Assembly: GCA_018697035.1 (NCBI GenBank)
Contig: JABHSE010000004.1
Location: 20,211-44,210, forward strand
Direction of reading: 5' to 3'
DNA from: an archaeon
GTDB taxonomy: Archaea > Nanobdellota > Nanobdellia > Pacearchaeales > GW2011-AR1
DNA length: 24,000 nucleotides
The notes below the pieces were generated by a model. That model worked only from the letters and a program-made list of their open reading frames with translations, made no database searches and had not been told where the DNA came from. This document shows positions 15,510 through 23,288 of the stretch, piece after piece. Position 1 is the stretch's first letter. Every line of letters starts with the position of its first letter. The position numbers and the translations under genes are program-made.

Positions 15510-17294
15510 ATGAAAGAAAATTTTTATATAACAACACCAATATACTACCCAAACGACGTCCCACACATAGGCCACGCCTACACAACAATCGCAGCCGACA
15601 TCATCGCAAGATGGAACAAGCTCCAAGACAAAGACGTATTCTTTCTAGTCGGAACCGACGACCATGGAAAAAAAATCGCAGATACAGCCCAAAAAGCAGG
15701 CAAGACACCAAAACAATTTACAGATGACATGATACCAGAATTCAAATCAGCATGGGAAAAGCTAAACATAAACTACGACAAATTCATCAGAACAACAGAT
15801 ACACATCACGAAAAGATAGTTCAGGAAGTTCTCCAAAAATGTTTCGACAACGGCGACATCTACAAAGGCGAATACGAAGGGTTATACTGCACAGGATGCG
15901 AAGCCTATTTCACGGAAAAAGATTTAGAAGATGGCTGCTGCCCAATCCACAAAAAACCAATCGAAAACCTAAAAGAAGAAACCTATTTCTTCAAACTTTC
16001 AAAATATCAAAAACCTCTCTTAAAATTCTACAAAGACAACCCAACTTTCCTCTCTCCAAAACACAGATCAAAAGAAATTATCAACAGAGTAAAAGAAGGT
16101 CTTCGAGATTTAAGCATATCAAGAAATTCATTCGACTGGGGAGTCCCACTTCCATTCGACAAATCCCACGTAGCATACGTATGGTTCGACGCACTCTTCA
16201 ACTACTACTCAGCAACAAGAGAAAAAGGGAAAGAAGGTTTCTGGCCAACCGACCTCCACATCGTAGGCAAAGATATCTATTGGTTCCACACGGTATACTG
16301 GCCAGCCTTCTTAATGTCCGCAGGAATAGAGTTACCAAAACAGGTATACGCACACGGCTGGTGGACACTAGATAAGGAAAAAATTTCGAAATCACGAGGC
16401 AGAGTAGTAAGTATAGATGAGCTAACAGAAATCGCAGGACTAGATTCAGCAAGATACTTCCTATTCAGAGAAGCCTCATTCGGAGAAGACGGAGACTTCA
16501 GCAAAGAAGCCCTAATCGATCGACACAACAACGAACTAGCAAACAAACTAGGCAACCTAATTTCAAGAACCTCAGCTCTGGCAGAAAAATACGGAATAGA
16601 AAAGGTAGAAAACGCATTACTAAAAAAATTAAAACTAAAGAAAATTGAAAAACACTTCGATAAATTTAGAATAGATAAAGCTCTAAGTGAAATCTTCACA
16701 TTCATCGACCATTGTAACGAATTCATCCAACACCAAAAACCATGGGAAACTCACGACAAGAAAGTATTATATCAATTAGTGGAATCCATCAGACAAATCG
16801 CAAAACTCCTAAGTCCCTTCATCCCAGACTCAGCAGAAAAAATACAAAAAATATTCAAAACAGACAAAATTAAGAAAGCACCAGTACTCTTCAATAAGAT
16901 AGAAGTCTCAAAACCAAACCTTAATAAGTCAGAAGAGCCAAGACAAATAATGGAAGGAATAACAACAATAAATTTCGAAGACTTCGCAAAACTAGACCTC
17001 CGAATCGCAGAAATCACAAACGCCGAAAATATAGAAGGCGCCGACAAACTTTACAAATTAACTCTAGATGTAGGAGAACTCGGGCGACGAACAATTTGCG
17101 CCGGAATAAAAGAATTCTACAAAGCAGAAGATCTCAAAGATAAAAAAATCATAATCATAGCAAACCTAGCTCCACGAAAACTCCGAGGAATAGAATCGCA
17201 AGGAATGCTATTAGCAGCATCAACCAAAGACAAAAAAACAGTCTCCCTAGTATCCCCAGACCAAGACATAGCCCCAGGAAGTACAGTTGGTTAA
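15510..17294 (+). CDS. metG: methionyl-tRNA synthetase with C-terminal EMAPII/tRNA-binding domain
   Basis: 'PIYYPNDVPHIGHAYTTIAADIIARW' (HIGH), 'FLVGTDDHGKKI', 'CTGCEAYF', 'KISKSRG' (KMSKS), and C-terminal 'FAKLDLRIAEITNAENIEGADKLYKLTLDVG...PRKLRGIESQGMLLAA'. Confidence 0.97.
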   Translation: MKENFYITTPIYYPNDVPHIGHAYTTIAADIIARWNKLQDKDVFFLVGTDDHGKKIADTAQKAGKTPKQFTDDMIPEFKSAWEKLNINYDKFIRTTDTHHEKIVQEVLQKCFDNGDIYKGEYEGLYCTGCEAYFTEKDLEDGCCPIHKKPIENLKEETYFFKLSKYQKPLLKFYKDNPTFLSPKHRSKEIINRVKEGLRDLSISRNSFDWGVPLPFDKSHVAYVWFDALFNYYSATREKGKEGFWPTDLHIVGKDIYWFHTVYWPAFLMSAGIELPKQVYAHGWWTLDKEKISKSRGRVVSIDELTEIAGLDSARYFLFREASFGEDGDFSKEALIDRHNNELANKLGNLISRTSALAEKYGIEKVENALLKKLKLKKIEKHFDKFRIDKALSEIFTFIDHCNEFIQHQKPWETHDKKVLYQLVESIRQIAKLLSPFIPDSAEKIQKIFKTDKIKKAPVLFNKIEVSKPNLNKSEEPRQIMEGITTINFEDFAKLDLRIAEITNAENIEGADKLYKLTLDVGELGRRTICAGIKEFYKAEDLKDKKIIIIANLAPRKLRGIESQGMLLAASTKDKKTVSLVSPDQDIAPGSTVG

Positions 17295-17334
17295 TCACAA
17301 CAATTCTTTTATATCAAATCAAACACCAAATCTG

Positions 17335-17850
17335 ATGACAACCCTAGGCCAACAAGTCAGAACCATAGTATCAAATCTACCAAGACAAGACAAATTATTT
17401 TTCGGTGGACCCCCACACGGTTCAGAAATCGACAGAGAAATAAAAAACTATAACACCTATTTAGAATCAGGATTACCATCACGTCAAAGAGTCTGCCTCG
17501 GAATTTGCGCATTCGACCAAAATGGCCAAGTGATAGGATACACCTCTTCAACAATCATGACAAACGCAAACCCAACAAAGTATGAAAGAGAAAGTATCAA
17601 ATCAACAACTCCATTGAATTACATCCAAGGAAAAAAAATAGTAGTAGCTCAAGCCTATTGGAGAAAAGGAGTCGCAGAAAAACTTTTCAAAGAAAGCCTA
17701 GGCCTAGCAAAAACCCACAACAAAAAATGGGTAACCGATATTAACGCAAAGAATATAGCAGTCCTAAAATTTCTAGAGAAACATGATATCCAAAAACAAT
17801 TCAGTTGGAACACACTCCGTGGAACCGAGATGTATAGAGTAGGAAATTAA
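17335..17850 (+). CDS. GNAT-like N-acetyltransferase
   Basis: Track ORF 17287..17850, likely start MTTLGQQ. 'VVAQAYWRKGVAEKLFKESLGLAKTHNKKWVTDINAKNIAVLKFLEKHDI' resembles GNAT motifs. Confidence 0.6.
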   Translation: MTTLGQQVRTIVSNLPRQDKLFFGGPPHGSEIDREIKNYNTYLESGLPSRQRVCLGICAFDQNGQVIGYTSSTIMTNANPTKYERESIKSTTPLNYIQGKKIVVAQAYWRKGVAEKLFKESLGLAKTHNKKWVTDINAKNIAVLKFLEKHDIQKQFSWNTLRGTEMYRVGN

Positions 17851-17978
17851 GCCCGAGACCTTCTAATTAATCCCTTTAAACCAAAACATTTCCCCAGACA
17901 ACACAATATACCAGATCATTTTCATAAGGCATATTGCATCCCAACAAACATTAAAAACAAAAGTCTCATAAAACATAC

Positions 17979-18224
17979 ATGTCAAAAACAATCGAAGAAG
18001 AAGTATCATCTCTAAAATGTATGGATGGCAAAGTCCACATCGGAGACTACATGATAGAACTCCAAAGAGCTCCGACAGGAATAGACGAAGCGGAAGAGAG
18101 TGTAGTCTATTGGTGTACAGAGTGTGGCGCAGCAGCCATAGACCATGAAGTAGACAGAAGACGTTGCGGAAAACTAATGAAATTAACACCCTCGGAATTA
18201 TTTAATAAAGGATATAATAAATAA
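17979..18224 (+). CDS. small Cys-containing protein, 81 aa, possible zinc-binding
   Basis: 'VVYWCTECGAAAIDHEVDRRRCGKLMKL'; host-like A/C third positions for a plus-strand gene. Confidence 0.6.
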   Translation: MSKTIEEEVSSLKCMDGKVHIGDYMIELQRAPTGIDEAEESVVYWCTECGAAAIDHEVDRRRCGKLMKLTPSELFNKGYNK

Positions 18225-18236
18225 TTATTCAATATA

Positions 18237-18989
18237 TTACCGCCCAAAAATCCGACCCAAAAAACTTCTAACTTCCTCAACCTCATCCCCATTAACCTTC
18301 CTCGCAATCTCCAAATACTTCCTCGACACTCGGCTTCTAGGATGCGTATGAACAACAGCGTCCCTCATATTCAAAGCCTCCTTAACTGCCTTATCTTCAG
18401 GAATCACTCCAATAATCTGTGTCTCCAACATCGACCTAATCGAACTAAGCGGCATCTCATACTTAGCGTTCACATGCCGAGTCACAATAACACCATTAAC
18501 TTCCTTCCCCATCTCCCTAGCAACCTTAACAGCCTTCAAGGCATCAGTCACCGTCGGCATCTCAGGGTTAGTAACAATAACAACCTCATCAGCAACACCC
18601 AAAACGGCAATAACTTCCTCACCAAAACCAGCAGCAGAATCAATTATAACATAATCACAACTATCCCTCAGGCTCTCAATAATCTCCGGAATCTTCTTCG
18701 TATTAAACTTCGTCAACTCTTTAATCGACAGCGAGGACGGTATAATTTTAGTTCCAGAATGATGCTCATAAATAGCGTCCTCAATATCCGCCTTCCCTTT
18801 CAAAACATGATTCAGCGTCACCGGAACAATAGGAGCACCAAGTTGCAAACCAACATTCGGCGTATTCAAATTAGCATCAATAATAATAACTTCTTTCCCC
18901 AATCTATTTAGAGAAGTCCCTAAGTTAATCGCAGTAGTAGTCTTACCGACGCCACCTTTCCCCGAATTTATAACAATTACTCGTGCCAT
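18237..18989 (-). CDS. minD: MinD/ParA-family ATPase
   Basis: Deviant Walker A 'GKGGVGKTTTAINLG', 'VIIIDANLNTPNVGLQLG', 'YVIIDSAAGFGEEV'. Track ORF extends to 19100; MARVIVINSGKGG is the likely start. Confidence 0.92.
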   Translation of the reverse strand: MARVIVINSGKGGVGKTTTAINLGTSLNRLGKEVIIIDANLNTPNVGLQLGAPIVPVTLNHVLKGKADIEDAIYEHHSGTKIIPSSLSIKELTKFNTKKIPEIIESLRDSCDYVIIDSAAGFGEEVIAVLGVADEVVIVTNPEMPTVTDALKAVKVAREMGKEVNGVIVTRHVNAKYEMPLSSIRSMLETQIIGVIPEDKAVKEALNMRDAVVHTHPRSRVSRKYLEIARKVNGDEVEEVRSFLGRIFGR

Positions 18990-19102
18990 TATTTTATTTC
19001 TATGTATCAAAGGTACTCTTCGAGCGCCATTTTGAACAAACGTATATCTATCAGAAAAAGTCACTTTATAAGTCTTATTCATAAACAAAAATACACACAA
19101 CC

Positions 19103-19546
19103 CTAAGCAATTATCTTCTTAACCTCGACACTAAATGCCTCAACAACATCATAATACTCACCCAATTTTTCCATATTAATATCAATAACCCTAGTAGGCG
19201 TCATCCTAACTTTCAAATTAACATTCTTTCTAAACTCCCCACTTCGAGTTTTCGATAAATCAGGAACACGCTTAAAGAAAATATACAACGGAATAACATC
19301 CTGGATAGCCTTATCCTTAGCAAAATATTTCTTCATAAATTCAATCCTTTGTATCGGCGTAGCGTGCATACACGGAATCTTCCCTTCCTCACATCGCTTC
19401 TCCAAAATCGCGTCAAAACTAATCTCAATTAAACTTTTCCAACGCGCCAACAGGTTCAAAATAACATCACATGTCTTCGTATATTTCAAACTAACATACA
19501 TAAGATGATCCGCGCTCGTCTTCTCCTTGATAATTTCTTCAATCAT
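19103..19546 (-). CDS. hypothetical protein, ~147 aa
   Basis: Track ORF 19103..19633, likely start MIEEIIKEKTSADHLMYVSLKYTKTCDVI; gene run with minD. Confidence 0.7.
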   Translation of the reverse strand: MIEEIIKEKTSADHLMYVSLKYTKTCDVILNLLARWKSLIEISFDAILEKRCEEGKIPCMHATPIQRIEFMKKYFAKDKAIQDVIPLYIFFKRVPDLSKTRSGEFRKNVNLKVRMTPTRVIDINMEKLGEYYDVVEAFSVEVKKIIA

Positions 19547-19589
19547 TCTACTATCTCCCAATGCAAAAGAAACCACGATACTTATCCTT

Positions 19590-20003
19590 TTATACCTGTC
19601 GGAAATTCTCAACAACAGAACCAATATGACCAATAATCTCCCTCAATCTCGAAACTTCTAAGATTTTCCACTTTCCCCCAACCTCTAATAAAACCTTATC
19701 ATTCCTAACAAACTCAACCCTCGCCAGTTTTTGATCTCTTTCCAAATTCAAGATTCCAACAACCCCACAAATCTCTTCCTCACTCAAATATCTAGGCGCA
19801 ACATCAATCATAAAAGTCTGCAAGTTCCCCTTAGCCCCCTCTCGAATCAAAAACGCTCGAACCAGTTTCCCAGCCGATTTCGCCCCCTCTCGAATCACCC
19901 CAACCAAAACCCGCTTCTCCGCATACTCATCATAAACCCCAAGCATCCTCTTCGCAACATCCAAATGCCACCGCGCAGAATAAAACTCCTCTCTATAATC
20001 CAT
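19590..20003 (-). CDS. hypothetical protein, ~137 aa
   Basis: Track ORF 19590..20018, likely start MDYREEFYSARWHLDVAKRML; helical, host-like codon bias. Confidence 0.65.
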   Translation of the reverse strand: MDYREEFYSARWHLDVAKRMLGVYDEYAEKRVLVGVIREGAKSAGKLVRAFLIREGAKGNLQTFMIDVAPRYLSEEEICGVVGILNLERDQKLARVEFVRNDKVLLEVGGKWKILEVSRLREIIGHIGSVVENFRQV

Positions 20004-20051
20004 CAAACGAAAACCCAAAATCTCTTTATATTAATTATGACACTCGACAAC

Positions 20052-20309
20052 CTATCGCTTTTTCTTCTTCTTCTCGACCTTCTCCATATCCACTATCAAT
20101 TTTTCATGCAACATTTCATTATTCTCATTTTCTAGAATACTCTTATCAACGGCAGAAGCAACCAGGACCGATAATGTAATTATTATAGCCCAAAGAAAAC
20201 TACCATCTAAAAATATAATCAATATCTTATAACCAACAACACCAAAAATAGCACCCCAAAAAATAGAAACTATTTTTCTAATCCAGTTTTTCATAGTAAA
20301 GTTCATCAT
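20052..20309 (-). CDS. small membrane protein with Lys-rich tail
   Basis: Two hydrophobic helices (IVSIFWGAIFGVVGYKILIIFL, LWAIIITLSVLVASAV) and C-terminal KKKKKR. Confidence 0.6.
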   Translation of the reverse strand: MMNFTMKNWIRKIVSIFWGAIFGVVGYKILIIFLDGSFLWAIIITLSVLVASAVDKSILENENNEMLHEKLIVDMEKVEKKKKKR

Positions 20310-20343
20310 TTTAATATATTCTTAATGAGATAATTATATTTAA

Positions 20344-20685
20344 CTAGTTTTTGTTTAAGGCATTCAATGAAACAATCGCCTCAGCAATATCTCCATCACT
20401 ATCCTCTAACGCAGCCCGAACTTCCGCCTCACTTTTCCCACTCTGCGAGGCAACCATCTCAACGTCATCATCACTAAAAACTTCAACCGATTCCTCAACA
20501 ATATCCCCAGTCACCTGAAAACTCTCCTGTCCCTGCATCTTAATCTGCATAACATTAGGATTCTCAACAACCAGATTACCATCCTCCATCTCAAAAACAA
20601 CCCTCTTCACCGGCAACTCAACCTGACTAATTCCCATCTTCTTCATCATCCCCTTCATTTGCGACGGATTAACACCACCAAACAT
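20344..20685 (-). CDS. nac: nascent polypeptide-associated complex protein (NAC + UBA)
   Basis: 'MFGGVNPSQMKGMMKKMGI...VVFEMEDGNLVVENPNVMQIKMQGQESFQVTG' and UBA-like 'VEMVASQSGKSEAEVRAALEDSDGDIAEAIVSL'. Confidence 0.95.
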   Translation of the reverse strand: MFGGVNPSQMKGMMKKMGISQVELPVKRVVFEMEDGNLVVENPNVMQIKMQGQESFQVTGDIVEESVEVFSDDDVEMVASQSGKSEAEVRAALEDSDGDIAEAIVSLNALNKN

Positions 20686-20849
20686 TATTCACGCACCTCA
20701 TATTTTCCTGTTTGTATATAAGCAATAATGTCTTTAAGTCCTTCCTTAAAAGGTCTTAGCTCATCATTAGCTTTTTTCAAATCAGAAATATCAGCAGATT
20801 CATCATGATACTGCCCCGGATATCTACTACCTTCATCCATCAAACTCAT
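20685..20849 (-). CDS. 54-aa hypothetical protein coupled to nac
   Basis: Below the track cutoff. Reads MSLMDEGSRYPGQYHDESADISDLKKANDELRPFKEGLKDIIAYIQTGKYEVRE*, stop overlaps the nac start (TAATG), host-like codons. Confidence 0.65.
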   Translation of the reverse strand: MSLMDEGSRYPGQYHDESADISDLKKANDELRPFKEGLKDIIAYIQTGKYEVRE

Positions 20850-20850
20850 C

Positions 20851-21006
20851 TTAACCGTAAAACATTCTCAGACCCACAACCAAAACAATCGTAACAATAA
20901 TCATTCCAACAACAACCCCAGGTCCAAACTTTAATTTAGAATTATACTCCTCGTTATACCGCATTAACCCACCAAATCCACTCGGCATAGTCGCATTATC
21001 AGCCAT
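20851..21006 (-). CDS. preprotein translocase Sec61-beta subunit (archaeal SecG), 51 aa
   Basis: Missing from the ORF track. Reads MADNATMPSGFGGLMRYNEEYNSKLKFGPGVVVGMIIVTIVLVVGLRMFYG*, with 'SGxGGLMRYxxEY...KFGPxxVVG' then a single C-terminal TM helix. Confidence 0.85.
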   Translation of the reverse strand: MADNATMPSGFGGLMRYNEEYNSKLKFGPGVVVGMIIVTIVLVVGLRMFYG

Positions 21007-21044
21007 AACAAATCAAGCAACAATCAATTTATAAAAGTTCCTAC

Positions 21045-22316
21045 CTACTTCTTCTCAATCCTCTTCATCCCACCCATATAAGGAATCAAAATCTCAGGAA
21101 TACTAATACTCCCATCCTCATTCTGAAAATTCTCTAAGAAACAACACATAGTCCTCTGCAAAGTTATCGCCGTCCCATTCAAAGTATAAACAAGCGCTCG
21201 TCCAGTTCCAGTATGATACTTAGTATCCATCTTCCGAGCCTGATAATCACTAGCATTACTCGTACTCCCAAGTTCTCTATACTTACCCTGCGCAGGAAAC
21301 CATCCCTCTAAATCATGCGTCTTCTTCATCGAACCACTAAACTCCCCCGCGCATAAAGCCACAACCCGATACGGAATCCCAAGCAACTTAAAAATCTCCT
21401 CCTGATTAGCAATAATCTCATCAAAAACCGCATCCGCATCTTTCGGCTCACAATAAACAAATTGCTCAATCTTCTCAAAACGATGCACCCGAAAAATCCC
21501 CTTCGTATCCTTCCCATGACTACCAGCCTCCTTCCTAAAACAACTACTCAACCCAGCATACCTAATAGGTTCCTTAACATTAATTACCTCGTCCTTATGA
21601 AGCGCCGCAAGCGCATGCTCACTCGTCCCAATCAAATACAAATCCTCTCCATCAATCTTATAAATACTCTCCTCAAAATCCTCCAAACTAACAGCCCCAC
21701 CAACAGCAGCCCGATTCAACATATAAGGAGTCTGAACAGGTAAAAATCCTTTCTTAATTAAAACATCCATAGCAAACCTCTGCAAAGCCTGATTCAACAA
21801 AACCAGATCACCCTTCAAATAATAAAACCTCGAACCAGCAACTTTAGCTCCACGCACACTATCAACCAAATCCAAATCCTCGACGATATCCTCATGTCCC
21901 TTCGGCTTAAAGCCAAAATCCCTAATCTCTCCCCACTTCCTCAATTCAAGATTATCCTTCTCATCTTTCCCATCTGGAACAGAGGCATCCATAATATTCG
22001 GCAAGCTCAATAAAATATCCTTTATTTCATCATATAATTTCTTGGCTTTTTCCTCAATCTTATCAATCTTCCCAGGAATCTCCTTAGCCTCTTTCAACTT
22101 CTTAACAACGTCCTTGCCAGCCTTCTTCAACTCACTAATTGCCTCACTAACTTCATTTCTTTCATGCTTCAAATCATCAACACTCTTCTTCTCTTTCCTC
22201 CATTCAACATCCAACTCCAAAACCCGATCAACAAGCGCCAACTTTCCCTCCTGAAACTTCTTCTTAATATTAGCCTTCACTAACTCAGGATCCTCTCGAA
22301 CCAATTTAATATCTAT
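21045..22316 (-). CDS. serS: seryl-tRNA synthetase
   Basis: 'MIDIKLVREDPELVKANIKKKF' coiled-coil start, 'YLIGTSEHALAALHKDEVI', 'SSCFRKEAGSHGKDTKGIFRVHRFEKIEQFVY', 'YRELGSTSNASDYQARK', 'NGTAITLQRTMCCFLENFQNEDGSISIPEIL'. Confidence 0.97.
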   Translation of the reverse strand: MDIKLVREDPELVKANIKKKFQEGKLALVDRVLELDVEWRKEKKSVDDLKHERNEVSEAISELKKAGKDVVKKLKEAKEIPGKIDKIEEKAKKLYDEIKDILLSLPNIMDASVPDGKDEKDNLELRKWGEIRDFGFKPKGHEDIVEDLDLVDSVRGAKVAGSRFYYLKGDLVLLNQALQRFAMDVLIKKGFLPVQTPYMLNRAAVGGAVSLEDFEESIYKIDGEDLYLIGTSEHALAALHKDEVINVKEPIRYAGLSSCFRKEAGSHGKDTKGIFRVHRFEKIEQFVYCEPKDADAVFDEIIANQEEIFKLLGIPYRVVALCAGEFSGSMKKTHDLEGWFPAQGKYRELGSTSNASDYQARKMDTKYHTGTGRALVYTLNGTAITLQRTMCCFLENFQNEDGSISIPEILIPYMGGMKRIEKK

Positions 22317-22462
22317 CATAAAAGAGAAAGCCCCAATCAATTATTTAAACTTTTCCGTAACCACTACCAAATGCCCTGTCACTAAAGCCGAATTCTGTAT
22401 CTACTCCCCATAGACGAAAATCCACAGCAAAACTTATAAGCAAAAAAACTCTAATATATACA

Positions 22463-22481
22463 TTGGAACATATAGTTCCAA
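22463..22481. promoter_or_regulatory. perfect inverted repeat TTGGAAC-ATATA-GTTCCAA (candidate operator)
   Basis: 7-bp perfect arms between a TATA-like 'ctaatatata' and the ATG at 22491 of a wHTH gene. Confidence 0.65.
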
Positions 22482-22490
22482 ACAAATACA

Positions 22491-22757
22491 ATGGCAGAAA
22501 ATTTTGACCTATTCTTCAGAAGAAAACCAGCGATGATGTTAATCGCTCTAGGCAAAGTTTCCCGTGCCAAATACGGCTCACAACTAGCAAAAGAAGTCGA
22601 TTGCACATACTCTCACGCCGTTAAGATATTACAAACTCTAGAAGAATACGGGCTAGTAAGTTTCGAGAAAAAGGGCAGAATAAAAATAATCAAACTAACA
22701 AAAAAGGGAAAGGAAGTCTCAGAACATATAGCAGCAATTCGAAAAATAGTTTCTTAA
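22491..22757 (+). CDS. winged-helix DNA-binding transcriptional regulator
   Basis: 'MMLIALGKVSRAKYGSQLAKEVDCTYSHAVKILQTLEEYGLVSFEKKGRIKIIKLTKKGKEVSEHI' typical wHTH with wing. Confidence 0.88.
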   Translation: MAENFDLFFRRKPAMMLIALGKVSRAKYGSQLAKEVDCTYSHAVKILQTLEEYGLVSFEKKGRIKIIKLTKKGKEVSEHIAAIRKIVS

Positions 22758-22758
22758 G

Positions 22759-23025
22759 ATGACAGAATACAAAAGGTCATATATTATAAAAAAAGTAAAA
22801 GAGTCTATCGTTTCTCAATTAAAGAAGAGTACCTTTTACGATAATATCTCACCAGACAAAATAAATATGGAGATAGGGTTGGCAGAATTAGGATTAGATT
22901 CCTTTTCTTTAGTTGATTTAGTCGTAGGTTTGGGAAAAAGATTTCAAAGAGATGATATCTACAATAAGATGCTTGACAAAAATTATTTTAATGGAAATGG
23001 ATTAGTAGAAGTAATTTCTTCATAA
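22759..23025 (+). CDS. acyl-carrier-protein-like protein
   Basis: 'IGLAELGLDSFSLVDLVVGLGKRF' matches the phosphopantetheine attachment motif (LGxDS, Ser48); 88 aa all-helical; starts 2 nt after the wHTH gene. Confidence 0.8.
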   Translation: MTEYKRSYIIKKVKESIVSQLKKSTFYDNISPDKINMEIGLAELGLDSFSLVDLVVGLGKRFQRDDIYNKMLDKNYFNGNGLVEVISS

Positions 23026-23064
23026 CAATACTTTTTTAAATCAAAAATTCTCTAATCAACCATT

Positions 23065-23139
23065 GGCTTCGTAGCTCAGCCTGGTTAGAGCACTAGACTC
23101 TTAATCTAGGTGTCGGGGGTTCAAATCCCCTCGAGGCCA
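23065..23139 (+). tRNA. tRNA-Lys (anticodon CTT)
   Basis: Full cloverleaf: acceptor GGCTTCG/CGAGGCC, D-arm GCTC/GAGC, anticodon stem CTAGA/TCTAG with loop CTCTTAA, T-arm GGGGG-TTCAAAT-CCCCT, discriminator A. Confidence 0.97.
23120..23135 (+). repeat. att-like direct repeat, tRNA-Lys copy
   Basis: TTCAAATCCCCTCGAG, perfect 16-nt direct repeat with 23270..23285. Confidence 0.8.
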
Positions 23140-23144
23140 TATAA

Positions 23145-23164
23145 ATGCCATCGCAAGATGGCAT
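23145..23164. other. perfect 8-bp hairpin with GCAA tetraloop just downstream of tRNA-Lys
   Basis: ATGCCATC-GCAA-GATGGCAT. Confidence 0.85.
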
Positions 23165-23203
23165 ATTCTACTCTCTGTGTATTTCAAGTCACGGCAATGT
23201 CGG

Positions 23204-23269
23204 GGCGAACGATTTGCTCGAATTTTTATTGCGAAGCGATTAGAAATTTTTAGAGTGAATCGTGAGTAA
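23204..23269 (+). mobile_element. copy B of the shared hairpin element (66-nt core) downstream of tRNA-Lys; mobility inferred
   Basis: ggcgaacgatttgctcgaatttttattgcgaagcgattagaaatttttagagtgaatcgtgagtaa; see copy A at 12329..12395. Confidence 0.65.
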
Positions 23270-23285
23270 TTCAAATCCCCTCGAG
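23270..23285 (+). repeat. att-like direct repeat, distal copy of the tRNA-Lys 3' end
   Basis: TTCAAATCCCCTCGAG directly follows the core; similarity then decays (acatt vs gccat). Confidence 0.8.
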
Positions 23286-23288
23286 ACA

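Noticed and set aside
16198-17047. Minus-strand ORFs 16198..16452, 16277..16726 and 16772..17047
   Set aside because: Antisense to metG, which has unambiguous class I aaRS motifs throughout.
17863-18189. Minus-strand ORF MLISLVFRNVFCLLHGLWLLRHTLY... (108 aa) and its neighbour 18107..18355
   Set aside because: Antisense to the Cys-containing plus-strand ORF 17979..18224, no domain signal; considered shadow frames.
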